From an uncultured Candidatus Saccharibacteria bacterium (GTDB lineage: Bacteria > Patescibacteriota > Minisyncoccia > Phycocordibacterales > JAKAEA01): 64,000 nt of DNA. Of the stretch, positions 29,513-38,266 are shown in pieces. The notes under the pieces were generated by a model. The model saw only the letters and a list, made by a program, of their open reading frames with translations. It was not told the DNA's origin and did not search any database. The position numbers and the translations under genes are program-made. Position 1 is the stretch's first letter. Each line of letters begins with the position of its first letter. The DNA lies in NCBI GenBank assembly GCA_964532205.1, contig CAZHGQ010000004.1, forward strand, positions 3,118-67,117, read 5' to 3'.

Positions 29513-30205
29513 ATGGGACTAGCCGACGATCTCGAAAGCGAAGTGGCAGCTATTCTTCGCACCAAATGGGATGAGCGTGAGGGGCGCGTCGTTCCCGACA
29601 CAAACGACGTAAAACTTGGGAACGATGCTGTCACGCTCGATGGCACAGTTCTTTATGCCGACCTCGCCGACTCAACTGATTTAGTTATTGGTTACAAGCC
29701 TTGGTTCGCGGCCGAGATTTATAAGTGCTACCTGCATTGTGCCTCCAAAATCATCCGTGACGAAGGTGGTGTTGTCACCGCGTTTGATGGCGATCGTGTG
29801 ATGGCTGTATTCCTTGGGGACTTTAAAAACACGTCGGCTGCTCGCTGCGCCCTAAAGATTAATTACGCGGCTGCAAACATCGTCACTCCAGCAATTGAAA
29901 AGGAATATCCGAAAAGTCCCTACAAGGTACATCAATCTGTAGGAGTAGACACGAGTAAACTATTCGTCGCCCGAACAGGAATCCGTGGCTCAAACGATCT
30001 CGTCTGGGTTGGTCGCGCTGCCAACTACGCTGCAAAGCTCTGTTCGCTCCGGGAAGGTTTATACGCATCTTGGATTACCGATGCTGTCTACAGCATTATG
30101 GATGACAACGCCAAGTACAGTGATGGTAAGTCGATGTGGGAACAACGGACGTGGACGGCGCGGAACACAACTGTGTATCGGTCAAATTGGTGGTGGAAAC
30201 CCTAG
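29513..30205 (+). CDS. Minimal class III nucleotidyl cyclase (PycC-like)
   Basis: TVLYADLADSTDL and GDRVMAVF metal-binding and signature motifs of the CHD cyclase fold. About 230 aa with no regulatory domain. Confidence 0.65.
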   Translation: MGLADDLESEVAAILRTKWDEREGRVVPDTNDVKLGNDAVTLDGTVLYADLADSTDLVIGYKPWFAAEIYKCYLHCASKIIRDEGGVVTAFDGDRVMAVFLGDFKNTSAARCALKINYAAANIVTPAIEKEYPKSPYKVHQSVGVDTSKLFVARTGIRGSNDLVWVGRAANYAAKLCSLREGLYASWITDAVYSIMDDNAKYSDGKSMWEQRTWTARNTTVYRSNWWWKP

Positions 30206-30310
30206 AACCTCGTGTCCAGACCCCATTCCTGTCGCCGCTTTGAACATTACGTTTTCTGGCATCCATGTCCTACTACCCCGAATCTTCGATCACGTACCCG
30301 CTCCCCACCC

Positions 30311-30646
30311 CTAGAGTGCAGGTCCCAAACGAACAAGCACCAGCACGTCAACGTCGGGATCGATAGTGACACTGATCGGTTCATGCGCTTCCAGACGAAT
30401 AGTACCATCGTCATGGATGTCGATTTGGGCGACGCACAAGTCTGTTGCTTTTGAAATGAAGATTGTGCATCGCCAGTATCCTGCACATTCACGCCAAACG
30501 ACATCTAACTCCCGGCCGTCACGATGTTGTTGTGCAATCTCACAATCATCTCGCAGATGACACGCCAAGCTACCAAGCACGCTTGGACAGGACATATGCT
30601 GGCCAATGATCTGCTTGAGAATTGACACTTTCATGGGTCCAGCCAA
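30311..30646 (-). CDS. Hypothetical protein
   Basis: ORF 22 nt downstream of 30669..31058, same strand. Confidence 0.3.
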   Translation of the reverse strand: MAGPMKVSILKQIIGQHMSCPSVLGSLACHLRDDCEIAQQHRDGRELDVVWRECAGYWRCTIFISKATDLCVAQIDIHDDGTIRLEAHEPISVTIDPDVDVLVLVRLGPAL

Positions 30647-30668
30647 AAGAGATTAACGAACGGCATGC

Positions 30669-31058
30669 TCAGTCATCAATGACTTCCGGCTTTTGTGTTG
30701 GCTCGGCATCAACCCAGACCTTCCACGTCGCCATGATGTCTTCGTCCGCATCCTCAATATCCTTCAATACTCTCTCAAGCGGGACACCGGACTTGCGAGC
30801 AGCATCCAGAATCACTTTTGGAATCATCGCAGGTGGCAACGTCTTCTTCGGATCGGGTGCGACCACCTTCGCCACCTTCCCGATATACTTGTACTTGCCA
30901 TCAACAATGATCTCCGCTACCTCGCCCGGAACCGTTCGCGGCTCATGCTCATACGAAAAAAGAACAAGTCTAGCGGGGACACCATACGCCTGCTCGCCAT
31001 GATTTGCGGCCAGAGTGATTGCCCTGAACTGACTTGCCGTCACACGCACGGTAAACAT
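30669..31058 (-). CDS. Hypothetical protein
   Basis: ORF convergent with the cyclase gene. Confidence 0.35.
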   Translation of the reverse strand: MFTVRVTASQFRAITLAANHGEQAYGVPARLVLFSYEHEPRTVPGEVAEIIVDGKYKYIGKVAKVVAPDPKKTLPPAMIPKVILDAARKSGVPLERVLKDIEDADEDIMATWKVWVDAEPTQKPEVIDD

Positions 31059-31245
31059 CTTTGTATTGTGAGCTTCTGCTCAGCATCAATCAACCGCCAG
31101 TTCCCGAAGTAGCGCGTTCGTCATTTCTTCATCCCTTCCGCGCATAATGCCCCCTAACCCATGAATTCTCGTCGCATCTTCATTTTTTCCTTGATCTTTT
31201 TGCCCAGAAATCTATAGACAGATTTATCACTTCGCAGGAGGGCAT

Positions 31246-33669
31246 ATGTTGGATCGAAAATTCCGGATGCACGCTTTTCTCTCGCTGGCGGCGTTCTTAA
31301 GTAGCGCCAGCCTCGCCGACACCATCACCAACGACGGCACACTCACCGATCCCGTAACCAACACCGGCAGCAATGCGTTTCTAAACAACGGAACGATTCT
31401 CGCGCCAGTTCTCAATCAAGATGAAGCGACTTTCGAGAATCGCGTCACCGGCGTGGTTGGCTACGTTGAAAACACTTCCGCTGCGTATTTCAACAATCAA
31501 GGGCTCGTTAACTCCGTATTCGTCAATCGCGATTTCGCCACGCTTTTTAACACCGGGACAATCAACCAGCTTGAAAACTACTCCCTTGGATTCGTCAACA
31601 GCCAGAGGCAGATTACGCGATCAGTTTTCAACTACGGGCTTGGATCTTTAGGAATCGGCTCCTTTGCTACGGTCGGCGAGCATGTTTTTAACTACAGCTT
31701 TGGCAGCGTCAAGAACACCGGCAGGATCTACGGTCATGCATTCAATGATGGTTTGGGACGATTCCACAATGCCGGGATCGTCATGCAGAATGCGTACAAT
31801 GGCGGTCAGGGCACATTCGAGAACGCAGCAACAATCTCCGGCAACACCTATAACAGTGGGGGCGGATTCTTTCGAAATGATTCGGTCATTCATGGCTCAG
31901 TCTACAACTACAACTCCAGCGCCTTCGACAATTCCAACTCCGTATCCGCGATCAACGGCGACGTACACAACTATGATCAAGCTACGTTCAGGCACGCCAC
32001 CAAAATCAAAGGCAGCGTCTACAACGACGCCAGCTTTGCTGTCGTCCAGCCTACACCTTCCCAACCAGCTTTAATCAATGGAAACTTCTTCCAGAGTTCC
32101 AGTGGAAATCTCGTCCTCTCAATCAACTCGCAAAATGCATCAAGCACCAAGTTAGCAATTGCTGGCACTGCTAATTTTGCCGGGACCCTTACCGTCACGC
32201 ACGGTGATCTTGATCCTGCCATTGGGAGTCGATACCCACTCCTCTCGTATAAGGCCATCAGGGGGCATTTCGACACCCTTAACGGCTCCATCATCGACGA
32301 AAGCAAGTTCTTTGGTCTGGATTACCAAGACGCCAAACTCGACTTAATTACGCTCGCAACGCCCAAAAGACTTAATCGCGACGGCACATTCGGACATTTG
32401 ACCGACTCCACAAATCTCGGCAGCGGCCTGATTCTGATCACTCACGGACGTGGTAGCAATGTCGATGTCTGGGCAACGGGAATGGCGACTGCGATTCAAC
32501 AACAGATTTCCTCTCCGGACAATTGGGAGACCGCAACCTTTGACTGGAGAGATCTTGCCGCCCCACTTGACGCTCCGGAAGTCGCCCGCCGCGCTAATCA
32601 GATCGGTGATAGTCTGGCAAACTGGATGCGCGAGGAAGGACTGCACTTTAGTAACATTCACGGGTTAGCACACAGCGCGGGCGTGTGGCTCATCAATCGT
32701 TTCGGGGAAGAAGCGCCGCAAGCCGTTGGAGCGACTTTTGTTCACGATACCTTCTTCGATGCCTTTGTACCCTCAGACGGAGTTAGTGATTCTGGCCGAG
32801 AAATTTCGAATTTGGGGCAATTCGCCTCAATCGCTGAACAGTTTGTGGACCACCGTAAGAGCCTAGCATACGACACAAACGCGACGCTCGAATACGCGTC
32901 GAATATTGATGTGACCGGCGCCGACCCTGACTTCATCCATGTTCTCCACCGCACAGCTATGGTTCATGGTTGGCCTTATCGCTGGTACCAAGAGTCGGTC
33001 CTGAATCCATCGAATCCAAAATACGAGGGCGTCGGCTTTTTCCGTTCCGCGGAATTCCTTGGCTACAACCCCTCCATAGATAAAGCCGACATCGGCCAGC
33101 GAAAGTACCTTCCTTCATCGGTCTTCATCCGATCAGATTCTACTACCCCCGTTTCGCTGGATCTTATTCATATAATCGTTAGCGACCCCAACAAGGTGAA
33201 CGTCACTTCTGGCGTGCTCGAACTTAAGGCCACCAGCAATGCGCCGAATACATTGCCGCAGTTCGGGGAACCTCCTGCCGATGACGACGTGCCAACTGGT
33301 GATCCGACGCTCGCGACCTTGATCGCAACTCTCGACCAACCCGTAAACTCGTTGGTGTGCGATTTCAGCTTCTCGGGTGCGGGAGGAGGCTTGTATTCAA
33401 TCTACTTCAACGGCCACTTCGTCGCTCAGTACGACCAGCGATATATTGGCAACGACGTTGCTTCCACTGGACTACTGTTTCTTGGTCAGGAATATGAGCC
33501 AGGAACCTACACAATTCTGTTTCGCCTTGATCCGTACGACGGACTCGATTCATCTGTCAGCATTTCCAACCTCCGACTTGCAGGCCCCATTCCAGAACCG
33601 CAGACATTTTTGTTCTTGGCATTGCCGATGATGATTCGCATCCGTCTCCGCCGTCCTCCCTGTGCATAA
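31246..33669 (+). CDS. Secreted repeat-containing lipase/esterase with PEP-CTERM sorting signal
   Basis: Signal peptide. N-terminal G/N-rich beta-repeats. GLAHSAGV (GxSxG) in an alpha/beta-hydrolase-like region. C-terminus GPIPEPQTFLFLALPMMIRIRLRRPP (PEP motif, TM, basic tail). Confidence 0.6.
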   Translation: MLDRKFRMHAFLSLAAFLSSASLADTITNDGTLTDPVTNTGSNAFLNNGTILAPVLNQDEATFENRVTGVVGYVENTSAAYFNNQGLVNSVFVNRDFATLFNTGTINQLENYSLGFVNSQRQITRSVFNYGLGSLGIGSFATVGEHVFNYSFGSVKNTGRIYGHAFNDGLGRFHNAGIVMQNAYNGGQGTFENAATISGNTYNSGGGFFRNDSVIHGSVYNYNSSAFDNSNSVSAINGDVHNYDQATFRHATKIKGSVYNDASFAVVQPTPSQPALINGNFFQSSSGNLVLSINSQNASSTKLAIAGTANFAGTLTVTHGDLDPAIGSRYPLLSYKAIRGHFDTLNGSIIDESKFFGLDYQDAKLDLITLATPKRLNRDGTFGHLTDSTNLGSGLILITHGRGSNVDVWATGMATAIQQQISSPDNWETATFDWRDLAAPLDAPEVARRANQIGDSLANWMREEGLHFSNIHGLAHSAGVWLINRFGEEAPQAVGATFVHDTFFDAFVPSDGVSDSGREISNLGQFASIAEQFVDHRKSLAYDTNATLEYASNIDVTGADPDFIHVLHRTAMVHGWPYRWYQESVLNPSNPKYEGVGFFRSAEFLGYNPSIDKADIGQRKYLPSSVFIRSDSTTPVSLDLIHIIVSDPNKVNVTSGVLELKATSNAPNTLPQFGEPPADDDVPTGDPTLATLIATLDQPVNSLVCDFSFSGAGGGLYSIYFNGHFVAQYDQRYIGNDVASTGLLFLGQEYEPGTYTILFRLDPYDGLDSSVSISNLRLAGPIPEPQTFLFLALPMMIRIRLRRPPCA

Positions 33670-33710
33670 ACCAATTGATAGGCTGCAATGTTTAATTATA
33701 TGATATACGC

Positions 33711-34049
33711 ATGTACGTTTTTACCGCCGTTGTTCTTACCGTAAGCTCCGCTTGTCTGCTTACGTTTATTCTTATCTGGCTCACTGGCGATTTGTTCAGC
33801 TTCATATATTACGCGGCAACTCAGCATCTTGGGGGTGTTTTCGTTGCCGCGACACTATTTGGCGTTCTTATGCATTACGCCACACGTCGTTTCGTACGTC
33901 GCCGATATTTACCAACAATTCTCAGTAGCGCTGTGGCACTCGCGATCCTCTCTTTCTTTGCAGGCTGGATGCTTCTAAGCAGCCACTTTGACGATGTTCC
34001 AAGTATTACGACTACCATCGCCTACCTTCTGAATACTCATCTGCCCTAG
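33711..34049 (+). CDS. Small integral membrane protein
   Basis: Three to four hydrophobic helices. Confidence 0.4.
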   Translation: MYVFTAVVLTVSSACLLTFILIWLTGDLFSFIYYAATQHLGGVFVAATLFGVLMHYATRRFVRRRYLPTILSSAVALAILSFFAGWMLLSSHFDDVPSITTTIAYLLNTHLP

Positions 34050-34206
34050 CGGTATTACGCACTGTCCAGATTGCTCCTAGGTGATAATTCTCGCTCTTCA
34101 ATCTCTCAACTGCGTCGTTGATTACCTGTCGCCAAGTTGCATCAGACTTTGCATGTCCAGCACAAACGCGCTAATTTACCGCTGGTCGGACTGAATTGGG
34201 GTCATC

Positions 34207-34929
34207 ATGTCACTTCGCGTCAAACGGGCTACGCCCGACGTGATCGTTTCGCACTGGTGCAAACTGATTGAGAACTTCTCGTTCTCATCTCGAACCTTTT
34301 ACGAGAAGCTGGACCAAGCCATCAGCAAACGCCAGATTCCCAACATAAACAGCGGTCAGATCCATTGGCCGGAAGGAAGCGTTCTTTCTGCCAAGCGAAT
34401 CTATCTTCGCCTGGTACGCGAACGCCTCGTCATCGACATTTGTGCGGCACCATTTGGCACGGGCTTCTTTGTGTCATGGAGATTGGGAGAGATTCGCCTT
34501 CGTGTCAGCTTCTTCCTGCTCTTCCTGCTGCTGTGTTCCTGCTATTGGCTGTATGGAAGCATCTATGATCGATATAGCTGGGACATTTATCGTTTTCGCC
34601 ACCGATATCCGGGTGAATTCCTGGGCATCATTGTCGCAGTGGTTGCAGTGTTCTTTCTGATCTTGTTCTTCCTACGCCAGGTTGTTGCCTCCGGGCTATC
34701 CGATCTTGATGCAGTGTTATTGCGCATCCCTATCCTCGGCCCATTCTACGAACGTTTCCTGCGACCCATCACCTACTACCGCATCGACTTGATGCTCGCG
34801 TATCAGGAAGCGGTGCATCAGGCGGTGCTGGAGGTGGTCGATGAAATCACCACCACCGGTGGGATCAAACCTCTCAGTGAATTGGAGCGCCGTCCCATTC
34901 TCACCGAACTGTACAAACGCAGGCGATGA
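34207..34929 (+). CDS. Membrane protein; stop lies 6 nt before the large HerA/FtsK-like ATPase start
   Basis: Three or more TM helices. 6-nt spacing to the next gene. Confidence 0.45.
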   Translation: MSLRVKRATPDVIVSHWCKLIENFSFSSRTFYEKLDQAISKRQIPNINSGQIHWPEGSVLSAKRIYLRLVRERLVIDICAAPFGTGFFVSWRLGEIRLRVSFFLLFLLLCSCYWLYGSIYDRYSWDIYRFRHRYPGEFLGIIVAVVAVFFLILFFLRQVVASGLSDLDAVLLRIPILGPFYERFLRPITYYRIDLMLAYQEAVHQAVLEVVDEITTTGGIKPLSELERRPILTELYKRRR

Positions 34930-34935
34930 GCGGCT

Positions 34936-37900
34936 ATGTCAGCGTATCTTTCCATCGATGAGCAACTTGCCCAGGAGTTTTACGATTGGGAACTCATTGG
35001 TCGGGGCTGGCAGGTGTGGGACGACCCGGTATCGCCAGAACCGCCGTTCCGACCATTCATTCGGAAGATGCCGCAATGCAGTCGTTCTGATGATGGCAGA
35101 GATCACAGTCTTCTGAGTGGTGTTATTGCTCGGCTTGCCAGACTCTTCGCCGGTCGACCCAACCTGCCTGTGGAACCCGAACCCACTTGGACACCGCTTC
35201 GGATCATCCATGATCCGCCACCCGTGGTGGAACTTGCGCTCGTCCCGCCTGCGGATTTTGATGCTTCGCAGCAGATGATGGCTCAACTGCTTGCTTCGCT
35301 TGCGATGGCGAATCATCCAATCGCATTTGAGATTCTCGCGAGCCAGAACACGATAGTATCGCAGTTCGCCGTTGCACAGAGTGATGCATCAGCAGTACGC
35401 AGTCAGATTCAGGCCCACTTTCCCGAAGTCGCGTTGAGTCAACAGACGAACGTTTTGAAGGATCGATGGGACGCTTCAGGTGAAGCCTCGCTCATCTTTG
35501 AGATCGGTCTCTCGCAGGAGTTCATGCGCCCGCTGCCCGTCCCGCCCAAACTCACGCCTGATGTGCTGGTCAGTGTCATGGGAGCAATGGAGGAAGTGTC
35601 CACCGACGAACTAGCGCTCATGCAGATGATCTTTGAGCCCGCCCGTTATCCGTGGGCAGCGAGCATGCTGCGAGCGGTGACCTTCAATGACGGCAGCGAA
35701 TTCTTCGATGCATCGGAAAGTGTACTCGATGAGACAAAGGAAAAACTCTCCCGTCCTTTGTATGCCGCCGTCATTCGACTGGCGGTTAAGACCGCCGATG
35801 AAGCTCGCACGTTCGAAATCGCCCGTTCCTTAACCGCTTCGCTCACCGCAGGTTTTCAAGGCTATGGCAATGACCTGATAGCTTTAAGCAATGATGAGTA
35901 TGATCCAGACGATCACGAGTTTGATACCCTTCATCGCCAGTGCCGACGCAGCGGCATGATCCTCAACAGCGATGAACTGGTGAACTTTGTTCACATACCT
36001 TCTTCCGCTGTACGCACCTCGAAGTTTACCCGGCAACTCAAACGCACCAAACGCGCTCCCGCCATTGCTGCTGGCAGAGATTGTGTTTTGGGTGAGAACT
36101 TCCACGCCGAACATACCATTCCTGTGGGTGTGGCTGCGGAAGAGCGCTCCAGACACATGCACCTCATCGGTGCATCCGGCACGGGAAAGTCGCAGTTGCT
36201 TTTGAACCTCATCGTGCAGGACATGGAACATGGCAAAGGCTTGGGGCTTCTCGATCCGCACGGCGATCTCGTGGACGACGTGCTTTCTCGCGTGCCCGAA
36301 GATCGAATTGATGATGTTGTGCTGCTGGATCCATCCGATGAGACGCACACCGTTGGCATCAACATCCTTTCTGCTAGAACCGAAGTCGAGAAAACCGTCC
36401 TCGCGTCGGATCTAGTAGCTGTGTTCCAACGACTCGCGACTAGTTGGGGCGATCAGATGACTTCAGTGCTTGGGAACGCTATCCTCGCGTTTCTGGAGCG
36501 TCCGCAGGGAGGTACGCTTGCCGATCTTCGACGCTTTCTCATCGAACCCGCGTATCGCAACGAAGTGCTTTCTTCCGTCACCGACCCGGAAGTCATCTAT
36601 TACTGGAAGAAGCAATTCCCCCTCATTCGCGGCATGCCGCTTGGCTCTGTGCTCACCCGACTCGACACGTTCCTGCGTCGCAAACCGATTCGGCAGATGG
36701 TCTGCCTCAAAGAAAAAGCTTTGGATTTCGCGGATATCATGGATCGCGGCAAGATTTTCCTCGCTCGCATCCCTCAGGGTTTGGTTGGCGAAGAGAATGC
36801 TCACCTTTTGGGCAGCTTGCTGGTGTCCAAGTTCTATCAACTGGCAATGGTGCGACAGCAGAGCGCCGCATCTCACCGCCGCGATTTCTATCTTTACATC
36901 GATGAGTTCCACCATTTTGTCACGCCGTCGATGTCATCCATTCTCTCTGAAGCGCGAAAGTATCGCTTGGCATTGATTTTGGCTCATCAGGAATTGCGGC
37001 AACTGGAAAGTCGCGGTGTGGATCTTTCGAGCGCCGTTCTTTCTCATCCGTATACCCGCATCTGCTTTCGTGTCGGAGATCAGGATGCCAAGCGTTTGGC
37101 GGAAGGGTTTTCGTTCTTCACCGCGGCGGATTTGCAGAGTTTGAGCACCGGTGAAGCCATCTGCCGCATGGAACGGTCGAATTACGATTTCAATCTTCGC
37201 ACAAAGCTTCTGCCAGAATTGGAATGGCAACGGGTTGAGGAAAAAAGAAGGAGTGTCATCGAGCGGTCGCGAGACCAGTTTGCTGTTTTGCGGAGTTCGC
37301 TAGTGGATGCCACGTCACTTACGACGGAGAGCTTCACCGCGGAGGAGATTGCGGAGCCAGAGGTCGAACCAATCATTGTGGAGCCGAAACCGGAGACTCC
37401 CGCACCGGCACCACGTCCAATCGCAAAGCCGCCGAAAGTGAAGCCGCTGGCGGATGAGCCCGCGAACCTGGGACGCGGCGGACCCGAACATCAGTATCTG
37501 CAACAACTCATAAAGCAGTGGGCGCAGGGTATGGGGTATCGAGCTTCTATTGAGGCGCCGTTGCCGGAGGGCGGAAGTGTCGATATCGCCTTGGAAAAAG
37601 GCAATCACCGCATCGCCTGCGAAACCAGTGTCACCAATACGCCCGCATACGAGGTCAGCAATATCCGCAAGAGTCTGGTCGCGAAGTATCAATACGTCGC
37701 GGTTGTGACGACCGACCTCAAGCACCGCGAGAAGATCGAAGCGGCGGCGGAGCAGTCATTAACTGACGCGGAGCTGAAGCAGGTGCGATTCTTCTCCCCC
37801 GACGAACTCTTCGCGTTTGTTCAAGAGTTGGAGGTAAACGACGCGAAGCAGGAGCGGCTGGTGTGCGGATACAAAGTGAAGACCTCGGTGCGCTCCACCG

Positions 37901-37986
37901 ACGCACAAGATCAAGCGATGCGGCAGCAGGCGATTGCCCAGGTCGTCGCTCGTTCGGTGACGCGGATGCGGAAAAAGAAACAGTAG
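34936..37986 (+). CDS. Large HerA/FtsK-superfamily ATPase (DUF87-like) with Pro-rich linker and C-terminal PD-(D/E)xK-like or DNA-binding domain
   Basis: Walker A GASGTGKSQ, Walker B IDEFHHF, ARKYRLALILAHQ (HerA-type arginine-finger region). Paralogous ATPase core to 53398..54690. C-terminal GGSVDIALEKGNHRIACE. Confidence 0.6.
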   Translation: MSAYLSIDEQLAQEFYDWELIGRGWQVWDDPVSPEPPFRPFIRKMPQCSRSDDGRDHSLLSGVIARLARLFAGRPNLPVEPEPTWTPLRIIHDPPPVVELALVPPADFDASQQMMAQLLASLAMANHPIAFEILASQNTIVSQFAVAQSDASAVRSQIQAHFPEVALSQQTNVLKDRWDASGEASLIFEIGLSQEFMRPLPVPPKLTPDVLVSVMGAMEEVSTDELALMQMIFEPARYPWAASMLRAVTFNDGSEFFDASESVLDETKEKLSRPLYAAVIRLAVKTADEARTFEIARSLTASLTAGFQGYGNDLIALSNDEYDPDDHEFDTLHRQCRRSGMILNSDELVNFVHIPSSAVRTSKFTRQLKRTKRAPAIAAGRDCVLGENFHAEHTIPVGVAAEERSRHMHLIGASGTGKSQLLLNLIVQDMEHGKGLGLLDPHGDLVDDVLSRVPEDRIDDVVLLDPSDETHTVGINILSARTEVEKTVLASDLVAVFQRLATSWGDQMTSVLGNAILAFLERPQGGTLADLRRFLIEPAYRNEVLSSVTDPEVIYYWKKQFPLIRGMPLGSVLTRLDTFLRRKPIRQMVCLKEKALDFADIMDRGKIFLARIPQGLVGEENAHLLGSLLVSKFYQLAMVRQQSAASHRRDFYLYIDEFHHFVTPSMSSILSEARKYRLALILAHQELRQLESRGVDLSSAVLSHPYTRICFRVGDQDAKRLAEGFSFFTAADLQSLSTGEAICRMERSNYDFNLRTKLLPELEWQRVEEKRRSVIERSRDQFAVLRSSLVDATSLTTESFTAEEIAEPEVEPIIVEPKPETPAPAPRPIAKPPKVKPLADEPANLGRGGPEHQYLQQLIKQWAQGMGYRASIEAPLPEGGSVDIALEKGNHRIACETSVTNTPAYEVSNIRKSLVAKYQYVAVVTTDLKHREKIEAAAEQSLTDAELKQVRFFSPDELFAFVQELEVNDAKQERLVCGYKVKTSVRSTDAQDQAMRQQAIAQVVARSVTRMRKKKQ

Positions 37987-38032
37987 CGTCCAGCATAGTT
38001 GACTATTTTCTCATCGCCTTTGGTGGTCAATT

Positions 38033-38257
38033 ATGATAGACTATCCGGCGATGACTCACGAGCAATTGCTGAAAGTGGTTTGCCGCCGGATGAAGCGTCT
38101 GGACATGACACCGTACCGTTTGCATCAGGAACTCAACGGTAAGGTTTCAAAGCAGACGGTCTACAACTTCATCGAGCATGGCAGGCACGTCACCACGGAG
38201 ACACTCGTGGCGATTCTTTCGGTGCTCAAGCTTTCGATCAGCGAACCGGACGAATAG
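38033..38257 (+). CDS. XRE-family HTH DNA-binding protein
   Basis: SKQTVYNFIEHGRHVTTETLVAILSVL. Confidence 0.6.
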   Translation: MIDYPAMTHEQLLKVVCRRMKRLDMTPYRLHQELNGKVSKQTVYNFIEHGRHVTTETLVAILSVLKLSISEPDE

Positions 38258-38266
38258 GAGGCGATC

